A program made the translations under genes and the position numbers. Below the pieces are notes generated by a model. That model ran no database searches, was not told the DNA's origin, and saw only the letters and a list, made by a program, of their open reading frames with translations. From a virus, in the IMG/VR virus record IMGVR_UViG_3300020312_000068, positions 18,022 to 82,021 of that record: 64,000 nt of DNA. The stretch is one strand, 5' to 3'. Numbering within the stretch: the stretch's first letter is position 1; the number at the start of each line of letters is the position of its first letter. This document shows positions 9,041 to 16,056 of this stretch, piece by piece.

Positions 9041-9099
9041 AATATAGTCCATATGCAGGCAGTGCAGGGGCAAAAGTGGACACCTTGTCAACTGTCCAC
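9041..9099 (-). promoter_or_regulatory. early promoter (minus strand)
   Basis: GTGGACACCTTGTCAACTGTCCAC 9076-9099; TATATT 9046-9041 (29 nt gap). Confidence 0.75.
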
Positions 9100-9111
9100 A
9101 GGCAGCTGAGC

Positions 9112-9141
9112 AAAAAAAGAGCACCCCTGAGGGTGCTTTTT
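9112..9141. terminator. intrinsic terminator, potentially bidirectional
   Basis: A7-G-AGCACCC-CTGA-GGGTGCT-T4, directly after the stop of the minus-strand gene at 9144. Confidence 0.8.
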
Positions 9142-9143
9142 AA

Positions 9144-9452
9144 TTAGAACTTGATTCTGCCGATTACTGGCAAGAGTTCTTTGGTTAGTGCCTCAAGGTA
9201 GAGCAGAGGCAACAGGATCAAACTTAGACCGTCTCTTGGATAATCCTTGAGAGATTTCAAGTTGACCTTTGCGTCTTCGATCTTTTTGTATGATCTCTTG
9301 ACGCTTTCAGAATCTGGAGTGATGACCACTTTTGCAGGTTCTGGTTTTGCAACCGCTTTGCGAGTTCTCGCTTTTGGGGTTGCTGGTTTCCGTGTCCGTG
9401 TCTTACGTGCTGGTTTTGCTGCGGTTGACTTGGAAGCGGTTGAAGTTGGCAT
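9144..9452 (-). CDS. K/R/A/P/T-rich histone-H1-like tailed protein
   Basis: STAAKPARKTRTRKPATPKARTRKAVAKPEPAK then a hydrophobic C-terminal helix; start 9452 or 9467. Confidence 0.75.
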   Translation of the reverse strand: MPTSTASKSTAAKPARKTRTRKPATPKARTRKAVAKPEPAKVVITPDSESVKRSYKKIEDAKVNLKSLKDYPRDGLSLILLPLLYLEALTKELLPVIGRIKF

Positions 9453-9478
9453 GCAGAAGAAATGCATTTGACTCTTGC

Positions 9479-9598
9479 ATTATAGTCACAACCCGACCCC
9501 GTTTAGCAAACCCGTAACATAATGAAACAATAAAACGGCTGACTTTCTGTTTCAATATGTAACGCTTTTGTTGGTTAGGTCTCATGATCCTTTATTAT
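9479..9598. promoter_or_regulatory. back-to-back divergent promoters with inverted 16-bp boxes
   Basis: Boxes at 9514-9529 and 9548-9563, each 29 nt from a -10 (TATAAT 9484-9479 minus; TATTAT 9593-9598 plus). Confidence 0.65.
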
Positions 9599-9605
9599 AA
9601 GGTCA

Positions 9606-9652
9606 TCGGTGAGGAGGGGTTCGCGGAATGTCCCCTGTTCGACCCTCACCGA
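9606..9652 (+). ncRNA. candidate structured 5' leader RNA (copy 2)
   Basis: TCGGTGAGG/CCTCACCGA stem, inner AGGGG/CCCCT helix, GTTCGAC bulge. Confidence 0.5.
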
Positions 9653-9673
9653 GTTTTCTTCACAACTGAATCT

Positions 9674-9883
9674 ATGGCACTGTCTTCTTGGACACCGACC
9701 AACAACAAACCGAATCATCCCCACTACATGCCCAACAAGAAATGGAATTCTTACAAGCGATGGGTTGATGCAGGATTCATCTTCTTTGATCGAATGGAAT
9801 TCCATATGAGAGCATACCCGCCCATGAACTTTCGACCTAACACCAGCGGGCACAATATCATCACTCTCACCCGCCACTTCTAA
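9674..9883 (+). CDS. hypothetical protein
   Basis: MALSSWTPTNNKPNHPHY...; start moved downstream of the promoter and leader. Confidence 0.6.
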   Translation: MALSSWTPTNNKPNHPHYMPNKKWNSYKRWVDAGFIFFDRMEFHMRAYPPMNFRPNTSGHNIITLTRHF

Positions 9884-9939
9884 CCAGTTGGATTAGTGGC
9901 ACACTCGACCCCTTCTAGGGGTCTTTTTTTGTGTATACT
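9884..9939 (+). promoter_or_regulatory. early promoter
   Basis: CCAGTTGGATTAGTGGCACAC 9884-9904; TATACT 9934-9939 (29 nt gap). Confidence 0.65.
9907..9930 (+). terminator. intrinsic terminator
   Basis: GACCCCT-TCT-AGGGGTC-T7. Confidence 0.8.
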
Positions 9940-9965
9940 AAAAGAGTAAACAAACGAGATTCATT

Positions 9966-10277
9966 TTGCAGACTCATTCAATCACCCTCGGCATGAACAT
10001 CCCAAACGAGGGCAAACTCACAAACCAAATGTGGGTCGATTTTCTAAACAGCGTTTCTGATCTTATCCCATATTGCACCATACAGGATGCAGTCGGAATT
10101 TTCAAAGGCGAGGTTGAGCAAAGCAAAATCATCTCAATCACCGTGGACGAAAGAACCACAGGTGCAATGCACATGATCTCAAATCTTGAAAAGGTCGGGG
10201 ACATGTACAAAAAACAGTTCAGGCAAGAATGCATAATGTATTCTATGACCAAGGTCGATAGTCTGACCTTCGCCTAG
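9966..10277 (+). CDS. hypothetical protein
   Basis: TTG start; TIQDAVGIFKGEVEQS...YKKQFRQECI (DUF3574-like pattern, weak). Confidence 0.65.
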   Translation: MQTHSITLGMNIPNEGKLTNQMWVDFLNSVSDLIPYCTIQDAVGIFKGEVEQSKIISITVDERTTGAMHMISNLEKVGDMYKKQFRQECIMYSMTKVDSLTFA

Positions 10278-10333
10278 GACAGTCAAGAGAGTGGCACACG
10301 TTGTCACTCTCTTTCCTTTTTTCCCTCTATAAT
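10277..10333 (+). promoter_or_regulatory. early promoter overlapping a terminator-like hairpin
   Basis: GGACAGTCAAGAGAGTGGCACAC 10277-10299; TATAAT 10328-10333 (28 nt gap); hairpin AGAGAGTG/CACTCTCT 10286-10312 followed by a T-rich run. Confidence 0.65.
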
Positions 10334-10339
10334 GAATGT

Positions 10340-10519
10340 ATGAAAAACAAACTCATTCAAGGCGACGGTTTTCTTTGCTCTCCAGGTATGGAGGATTTCT
10401 GCAAAAGAATGGTCGCCCAAGAGAGACAACAAATGCAGATCGATGAAGAGATTCGTCTCGGACTAAGACCTGCCCCCAGTAGACACTTCGGATACTGGAA
10501 CATAAGCGATAGACATTAA
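10340..10519 (+). CDS. 59-aa protein, probably leaderless
   Basis: MKNKLIQGDGFLCSPG...; ATG sits 6 nt after TATAAT. Confidence 0.65.
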   Translation: MKNKLIQGDGFLCSPGMEDFCKRMVAQERQQMQIDEEIRLGLRPAPSRHFGYWNISDRH

Positions 10520-10567
10520 CGCTCTATCGCTTATAATTAAAACATCACACACAGGAGATTTCATTCT

Positions 10568-10753
10568 ATGGCATCATGGGCAGTACAACCCTCATCATGG
10601 GGTAACGAACTCAAAGCAAATGCAGAGTTTGGTTCTGACTTTGACCGCATCCAAGACATTGCTTATTCATGGGCAACTGAAATGGGTGAAGCGATGACAG
10701 TATGGAAGTGTGGGACAATCAGTGAATTTAAGTGGATGGAGGTAGATGCTTAA
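10568..10753 (+). CDS. hypothetical protein
   Basis: CAGGAG RBS; own -10 at 10532-10537. Confidence 0.75.
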   Translation: MASWAVQPSSWGNELKANAEFGSDFDRIQDIAYSWATEMGEAMTVWKCGTISEFKWMEVDA

Positions 10754-10814
10754 TGAACGCATCAACTCACGAACTCTTATCAACTGACCCTTACATCAAA
10801 TACTATTTTCTCTC

Positions 10815-10973
10815 ATGTCCCGATCAACAAGAACAGCAGTCCGTTATTGGACAAACCAGCAAAACAACCCGCGTTTACTCTGGTTCAACTCATTCCAAGA
10901 GGCAGTCGATCTTGTAGAGGGATTTCTCAAATGTGGTTACCGTGCTGAGATAGCACCGCCACATATCAGATAA
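10815..10973 (+). CDS. 52-aa microprotein
   Basis: MSRSTRTAVRYWTNQQNNPRLLWFNSFQEAVDLVEGFLKCGYRAEIAPPHIR*. Confidence 0.55.
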   Translation: MSRSTRTAVRYWTNQQNNPRLLWFNSFQEAVDLVEGFLKCGYRAEIAPPHIR

Positions 10974-11098
10974 GGACAGTCGGGGGCGTTGCGCCCCCCC
11001 TGCCCCGTTTAAAAAGAGTCCCGTTCGTCTAACCTACAAAAGTGGGTACGTGCGGGATCGTTATATAGAAAATATTTTTTCTCAGAAATTTTTGCCCT

Positions 11099-11452
11099 AT
11101 GAGCGATCCGAATAAACTTAAACCAGGAAGTTACATAGACACTCAGGGAATGGGTGGTCCTATGACTCCAGAAGATCTTGCCAAATGGAAGGCATCTCCT
11201 GAGTATAAGAAACAGACTTACAAACCCGCCATTGTAAAACCTCGAAGACTATTCACAGATACTTACTGTAAGGAGATGTCAATATTAATCAACGAGGTAC
11301 TTGACGCAAGGGAAGGTAAGATGGATTACACATCTTATTTCGATACAGAAGAATTCAAACATCCCGTAACAGAGGATGAACCACCTTACAGTAGACCTAT
11401 CACACATGACTTCGAGAAAAGAGTCCTCAGAAAAATGTTCCCCAAAGACTGA
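11099..11452 (+). CDS. hypothetical protein
   Basis: 117-aa ORF. Confidence 0.7.
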   Translation: MSDPNKLKPGSYIDTQGMGGPMTPEDLAKWKASPEYKKQTYKPAIVKPRRLFTDTYCKEMSILINEVLDAREGKMDYTSYFDTEEFKHPVTEDEPPYSRPITHDFEKRVLRKMFPKD

Positions 11453-11651
11453 GCATACATTCACCTTTACGGATGAACAATTATTATGTCTACAAGTATG
11501 CTTACAGAATGCTCCGACACCATATCATATCTCTAAGAAGAAGATAGTTGGTGATCTTGAAGGTATAATAGGTAAACCACCTGTCGTCAAGCATCCCCCC
11601 TTAAAGGTTGCTAAGTACGATCTATCAAAATATGGGATAACTGATCAATGA
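11376..11651 (+). CDS. hypothetical protein
   Basis: ATGA-coupled to purN; start uncertain (11376 or 11406). Confidence 0.6.
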   Translation: MNHLTVDLSHMTSRKESSEKCSPKTEHTFTFTDEQLLCLQVCLQNAPTPYHISKKKIVGDLEGIIGKPPVVKHPPLKVAKYDLSKYGITDQ

Positions 11652-12196
11652 GAATAGCAGTACTCTGTTCAGGTTCTGGTACTAACTTCGAGAACCTCGT
11701 AACACAATGCCCTGAGCATGACTTTGTGCTTATGATTTATAATAAAGAAGATTGTGGAGCAATAAAAAGAGCAGACCGCCTCGGAATACCCCACATACAC
11801 CTAACAAGTAGGGAAGAAAATGAGATGATAGCACTCTTGACGAACATCAATGTAGAATTAGTTGTACTCGCAGGGTGGATGAGGGTGCTATCTTCCGAAT
11901 TTATCAAAGCATTTCCAAGGCAGATCATTAATATACACCCAAGTCTCTTGCCAAAGTACAAAGGCTTACATGCTATACAGCAAGCATTAGACGCTGGAGA
12001 CAATATTACTGGTTGTACTGTTCATTATGTCACTGAAGAATTAGATTCTGGTGAAATAATAGACCAATCACATGTCCATATCTCTAAGGAAGACACTCTA
12101 GAGACTCTAACACAACGTGTACAACGTGCTGAACACCGATTGTTACCGTTAGTTGTTAAGCAAATCGAAAGAAATTATGAATTTGTGTTGAATTGA
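11648..12196 (+). CDS. purN: phosphoribosylglycinamide formyltransferase (auxiliary metabolic gene)
   Basis: IAVLCSGSGTNF, LAGWMRVL, INIHPSLLPKYKG, GCTVHYVTEELDSG. Confidence 0.96.
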   Translation: MRIAVLCSGSGTNFENLVTQCPEHDFVLMIYNKEDCGAIKRADRLGIPHIHLTSREENEMIALLTNINVELVVLAGWMRVLSSEFIKAFPRQIINIHPSLLPKYKGLHAIQQALDAGDNITGCTVHYVTEELDSGEIIDQSHVHISKEDTLETLTQRVQRAEHRLLPLVVKQIERNYEFVLN

Positions 12197-12240
12197 ACAA
12201 ATAATGTGTTATAATTACTTGTACAGACCTATACAAACGG

Positions 12241-12450
12241 ATGATTAATCTCGATGAGAAGTATCATAGTTACCTTGGAGGCAGCAAAACCTTCAAAATT
12301 GATGGTGTTAACGAACCCTTAATGGGTTATGGTTATCATTGCGACGGAAATGACATCAAAGGGTACTATGTAACCACAACAAACTACAAATTATTCTATA
12401 ATATGAATGAGCAGTTCATAAAAATGGAGGCTCTCCGTGGAAACGAATGA
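12241..12450 (+). CDS. hypothetical protein
   Basis: ORF downstream of a sigma70-like TTGAAT-16-TATAAT (12188-12215). Confidence 0.75.
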   Translation: MINLDEKYHSYLGGSKTFKIDGVNEPLMGYGYHCDGNDIKGYYVTTTNYKLFYNMNEQFIKMEALRGNE

Positions 12451-12721
12451 TACAATGCAACTTCTCCTGGCTCTAAAGAGTCAGGTAGAAGCACTTGAGA
12501 AGAGATTAAACGATATGGAGCTTCTTATGAAGCGTCCAGGTCATGAAGAGTATGAGAAATTAGTCGATGTTGTGCTAGAACACGACAAAGATCTCCATGA
12601 TCCTGTCTATTTGCATGACATGCAAGACAAATACTTTGATTGTGTAGCAGCCTGTGACCCAAATGCTCAGGAAGAATCCTGTGAAACCGTTTGTAAACCT
12701 ATTTTAGAGACACATGAGTAA
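12437..12721 (+). CDS. coiled-coil protein with C-terminal CxxxC-x8-CxxxC
   Basis: GGAGG + GTG start; YFDCVAACDPNAQEESCETVC. Confidence 0.7.
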   Translation: METNDTMQLLLALKSQVEALEKRLNDMELLMKRPGHEEYEKLVDVVLEHDKDLHDPVYLHDMQDKYFDCVAACDPNAQEESCETVCKPILETHE

Positions 12722-12899
12722 TACAGAAAAGTTCTATCACATATATTACGGGAAAAAACCAATATTTAAAGCGTTAAACGAAGAAGAATATGAATTTATC
12801 TGGGAAAAACTGATGTGGGTCTATAATGATGACATAAGTTTCGTAGAATTTGAAGAATCTAGAGATGATAAAGCAGAATTAGCGGAATCTTCGTTCTGA
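12714..12899 (+). CDS. hypothetical protein
   Basis: Overlapping coupled ORF. Confidence 0.7.
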   Translation: MSNTEKFYHIYYGKKPIFKALNEEEYEFIWEKLMWVYNDDISFVEFEESRDDKAELAESSF

Positions 12900-12936
12900 A
12901 ACCCAAAAAAATCGCGAAAAATCGCGTCGTTCGACT

Positions 12937-12943
12937 CTAAATA
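12937..12943 (+). promoter_or_regulatory. T4-type late promoter
   Basis: CTAAATA 24 nt upstream of ATG 12968. Confidence 0.55.
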
Positions 12944-12967
12944 TTTCAAAAATAGGGCGAAAATCCT

Positions 12968-13186
12968 ATGGAAGCAGAATTTCAAGCCTTAGAAGGCGAT
13001 TTTACCATAAAAATTGGTAGAGAGTTGCATAATTACTCTAAAATTTCGGATATTCCCGAAAAATTTGACCATTTGATCAAGTTTATACCAAATATTCCCG
13101 AAAGTCCTCATAGTGAAGAGGATCACGAGCACATTCACAAGTTCACTGACTTCATACATATGTTACAGAGTAGAGAACAGAAGTAA
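12968..13186 (+). CDS. hypothetical protein upstream of PAAR
   Basis: DIPEKFDHLIKFIP...PHSEEDHEH. Confidence 0.75.
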   Translation: MEAEFQALEGDFTIKIGRELHNYSKISDIPEKFDHLIKFIPNIPESPHSEEDHEHIHKFTDFIHMLQSREQK

Positions 13187-13471
13187 ATGCCTGCAGTTAC
13201 AAGAATTGGAGACGCAGATGTCTCTCATTGTTCTGGAATGACCAGAGCAGAGGGATCTCCTAACGTCTACTGTAATAATATACCAATATCTCGTCAGGGG
13301 GATGTTAATACTTCTCACCTATTACCTGCTCCTATATGTCCTTCCCATGCGGTTGCTATTACAACAGGTAGTACAACCGTATTTGTAAATGGCAAAGGAT
13401 GTGGTAGAGTAGGTGATGCTACATGTACCTCTGTTGCAGAGGGATCTGATAATGTATTTGCTGGAGGTTAA
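13187..13471 (+). CDS. PAAR-repeat spike-tip protein (T4 gp5.4-like)
   Basis: MPAVTRIGD, GSPNV, ISRQGD, GSTTVFVNGKGCGRVGD with His/Cys ligands. Confidence 0.92.
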   Translation: MPAVTRIGDADVSHCSGMTRAEGSPNVYCNNIPISRQGDVNTSHLLPAPICPSHAVAITTGSTTVFVNGKGCGRVGDATCTSVAEGSDNVFAGG

Positions 13472-13473
13472 TT

Positions 13474-13620
13474 ATGGCTAAAACAAAAGGAACTTGGATG
13501 AACACCAATACTATTGAGGCGAAACCAAAGAAAACGAGACAGGGAAACTCTAAAAATTCCAAATATAGTGCTACTGCAAGGAACCATGCCAGAAAACAAT
13601 ACAAAGGGCAAGGCAAATAG
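13474..13620 (+). CDS. 48-aa basic protein
   Basis: GGAGG RBS; MAKTKG...KPKKTRQGNSKNSKYSATARNHARKQYKGQGK*. Confidence 0.7.
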   Translation: MAKTKGTWMNTNTIEAKPKKTRQGNSKNSKYSATARNHARKQYKGQGK

Positions 13621-13757
13621 AATAATTAACGGTGTAAGGAACCATAATGTTCCCGTAGATATGGGTGATAACTTCTACGAGAACGGAAATGAGTACTGCA
13701 AGTACCTTATTACAGACCCCAGAAGCGATGTCTATCTGCGGAACTCGAAAAAAGTGT

Positions 13758-13764
13758 CTAAATA
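13758..13764 (+). promoter_or_regulatory. T4-type late promoter
   Basis: CTAAATA upstream of gp25. Confidence 0.6.
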
Positions 13765-13789
13765 GATTGAGGTCGATTAATATTAAGGA

Positions 13790-14182
13790 ATGGCAGTAAC
13801 GAGTAGCCGTACGTTCAAGGATTTTGACCTTACATTTAGGCGCAATCCTATTACGAACGACGTAAATACTCTTAAGAATGAAAACGCTATCAAAGAGTCT
13901 GTAAAGAACATTGTTCGATACAACTTTTATGAGAAGCCTTTTCTGCCGAATTATGGTGGCAACGTATATGGTGCCCTATTTGAGTTATATGATGCCCGTA
14001 GTTCAGGATTACTTGAAGCACAGATCCAGAACTGTATAAACAACTACGAACCACGAGTCGTTTGCTATAACGTCATCACAGCGTTTGATGAGGATTATAA
14101 TGACTTACGTGTGGAGATATATTATCTAATTACAGGTCTTCCTAATATAATAGACACCTTGGAGGTAATACTGAAGCGGTAA
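13790..14182 (+). CDS. gp25: baseplate wedge subunit gp25
   Basis: FKDFDLTF..NPITND, AIKESVKNI, EKPF.P.YG, NYEPRV; synteny with gp6. Confidence 0.9.
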   Translation: MAVTSSRTFKDFDLTFRRNPITNDVNTLKNENAIKESVKNIVRYNFYEKPFLPNYGGNVYGALFELYDARSSGLLEAQIQNCINNYEPRVVCYNVITAFDEDYNDLRVEIYYLITGLPNIIDTLEVILKR

Positions 14183-16053
14183 TGGCACTTACACAAGTAA
14201 ACTCGTTAGAATTTAACGAGATCAAGGCACAATTAATCGATTATTTGAAGGGTCAGAGTGAATTCTCTGATTATGACTTCGAGGGATCCTCATTGTCCAT
14301 TCTTTTAGACGTATTAGCATATAATTCTTACTATTCTGCGGTCAACGCAAACCTATTAGTCAATGAGAACTTCCTAGACACTGCTGTTTTACGTGAGAAC
14401 GTTGTAAAACTAGCTAAGTTGATAGGATATACCCCTAGAAGTGCTAGAAGTGCCCGTGCGACCTTTACAGTGAAGGTACAGACCACTTATGGTAGTGGTG
14501 CCAATGGGCGTGGGTATCCTCAGAGTGTTCAGATCAATAAAGGGATCTTCGTTTCCTTCGTAGGGACTGAAGGTAACTTCATTTTCTCCATTCCTAAAGA
14601 TTTAATTGTATCCGTTAATACATTAGACGGTGTTGCGACCTTTAATGGTGTCGTAGCATATGAAGGTGTCTTTATAACTGATACATTCAGGAAAGAGAGT
14701 AGTGAGAGACAAAGATTTATCTTAGCAAACGAAACTGCTGACACTTCTTCAATGTCAGTGGAAATTACACGTGGAACTCTAACAGATGCTTATCTACAGG
14801 GTGACGATATCACTGCTATAAACAATGTTAGCAAAGTATTCTTCTTAGAGGAGTCAGAATACAAGAGACCAGAACTTATTTTCGGTGATGGGATACTTGG
14901 AGAGGCATTAGTCAATGGAGACGTTATAGAAGCGACCTATACGACCTCTCAGGGCAATGGAGCGAACGGTTTGACCTCATATTCCTTCGCAGGTACTATT
15001 AAGGACTCTCAGAACCAACCTATTACCTCTGGAATCACTCTGACACTCGATGCTGTACCCGATGGTGGTGCTGCTAAGGAAACTATTGACTCAATTAAGT
15101 ATTCTGCGCCAAAATTCTACTCTGCTTTCGGTAGAGCAGTTACTACAAAGGATTATGAAGCTATAATTCCCCAAATTTACCCAAATGTCCAATCTATTGT
15201 TGCTTTTGGCGGGGAAGAGGCAGATCCTCCAGAATACGGTAAAGTGATTGTTGTCATTAAGCCGAAAAACGCGGATAAACTGTCTATTTCCGAAAAAGAC
15301 GCTGTTCAGAAGAAAATTCGCTCTTATTCGGTTGGAGCAGTTGAACCAAAGGTAATGGATCCGTCAATTTTGTATATTGACTTGGTTTCATTCGTTTATT
15401 TCAACCCAAACATCACTAGACGCACTCAAGAGGAAATTTCTCAAATTGTTTACCGCAATTTAGAGGCATTAAACCTTGCTGCTGAGTTTAATAAGTTTGG
15501 TGGCAAATTTAAGTATTCTAAAGTCCAGAAAATCATTGATGAGGCTGAACCAGCGATTACATCAAACATTACTAGAGTTAGAATGCGTAAAAACGTACCT
15601 GTGACGCTAAGTCAGCGTTTTAACTACAAGGTATGTTTTGGAAACAGAATTAATGCTCAATTAGAAACTCCTACGTTCGAGACTAACGGTTTTAAACGTG
15701 CTGACGGAGGAAATACAGTATTTTACCTAAATGACGATGGTTTGGGTACTGTACGTCTATTCTCGGTCAACGCAGACGGTTCTAAGTCGTATGTGGGCGG
15801 TAATTGGGGCACAGTTGATTATACGATGGGAGAAGTGACTATTAATGACCTTATTATTACTGAGGTTGTTAATTCAACTGATAATATCATTCAGTTCTCT
15901 GTTGTACCTGAATCTAATGACTTAATCTCTCTCAGAGAGACCTATTTGACAATAGGTATAGATAATCTTGTTGTTAATGTTATTGATGACGAAATTTCCA
16001 GTGGTAGCAATACGTCTGGAACAGGCATAATCCCAGAATCAAGTTATAGTTAA
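14182..16053 (+). CDS. gp6: baseplate wedge subunit gp6
   Basis: FSDYDFEGSSLSILLDVLAYN, AKLIGYTPRS, RAVTTKDYE, GGEEADPPEYGKV. Confidence 0.93.
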   Translation: MALTQVNSLEFNEIKAQLIDYLKGQSEFSDYDFEGSSLSILLDVLAYNSYYSAVNANLLVNENFLDTAVLRENVVKLAKLIGYTPRSARSARATFTVKVQTTYGSGANGRGYPQSVQINKGIFVSFVGTEGNFIFSIPKDLIVSVNTLDGVATFNGVVAYEGVFITDTFRKESSERQRFILANETADTSSMSVEITRGTLTDAYLQGDDITAINNVSKVFFLEESEYKRPELIFGDGILGEALVNGDVIEATYTTSQGNGANGLTSYSFAGTIKDSQNQPITSGITLTLDAVPDGGAAKETIDSIKYSAPKFYSAFGRAVTTKDYEAIIPQIYPNVQSIVAFGGEEADPPEYGKVIVVIKPKNADKLSISEKDAVQKKIRSYSVGAVEPKVMDPSILYIDLVSFVYFNPNITRRTQEEISQIVYRNLEALNLAAEFNKFGGKFKYSKVQKIIDEAEPAITSNITRVRMRKNVPVTLSQRFNYKVCFGNRINAQLETPTFETNGFKRADGGNTVFYLNDDGLGTVRLFSVNADGSKSYVGGNWGTVDYTMGEVTINDLIITEVVNSTDNIIQFSVVPESNDLISLRETYLTIGIDNLVVNVIDDEISSGSNTSGTGIIPESSYS

Positions 16054-16056
16054 TCC

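Noticed and set aside
8037-9108. CAGCTG as the target of the phage methyltransferases (PvuII-like)
   Set aside because: Specificity cannot be read from these sequences; methylome data are needed.
9514-9563. NtcA box
   Set aside because: Does not fit GTA-N8-TAC in spacing or half-sites.
9606-9652. tRNA (contains GTTCGA)
   Set aside because: Only 47 nt with no cloverleaf or anticodon arm.
9403-9877. Minus-strand ORFs 9403-9585 and 9575-9877, and the 9584 start
   Set aside because: They run across the divergent promoters and leader hairpin or shadow better-supported genes.
1068-10333. CRISPR or mini-array from the recurring palindromes
   Set aside because: Copies are degenerate, hundreds to thousands of bp apart, and tied to -10 boxes; no cas genes.
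11648-12196. purN as a novelty
   Set aside because: A known cyanophage auxiliary metabolic gene.
13514-13765. 83-aa ORF from TTG 13514
   Set aside because: Its 5' half overlaps the better-supported 13474-13620 gene; only a short 3' part may be coding and its start is unclear.
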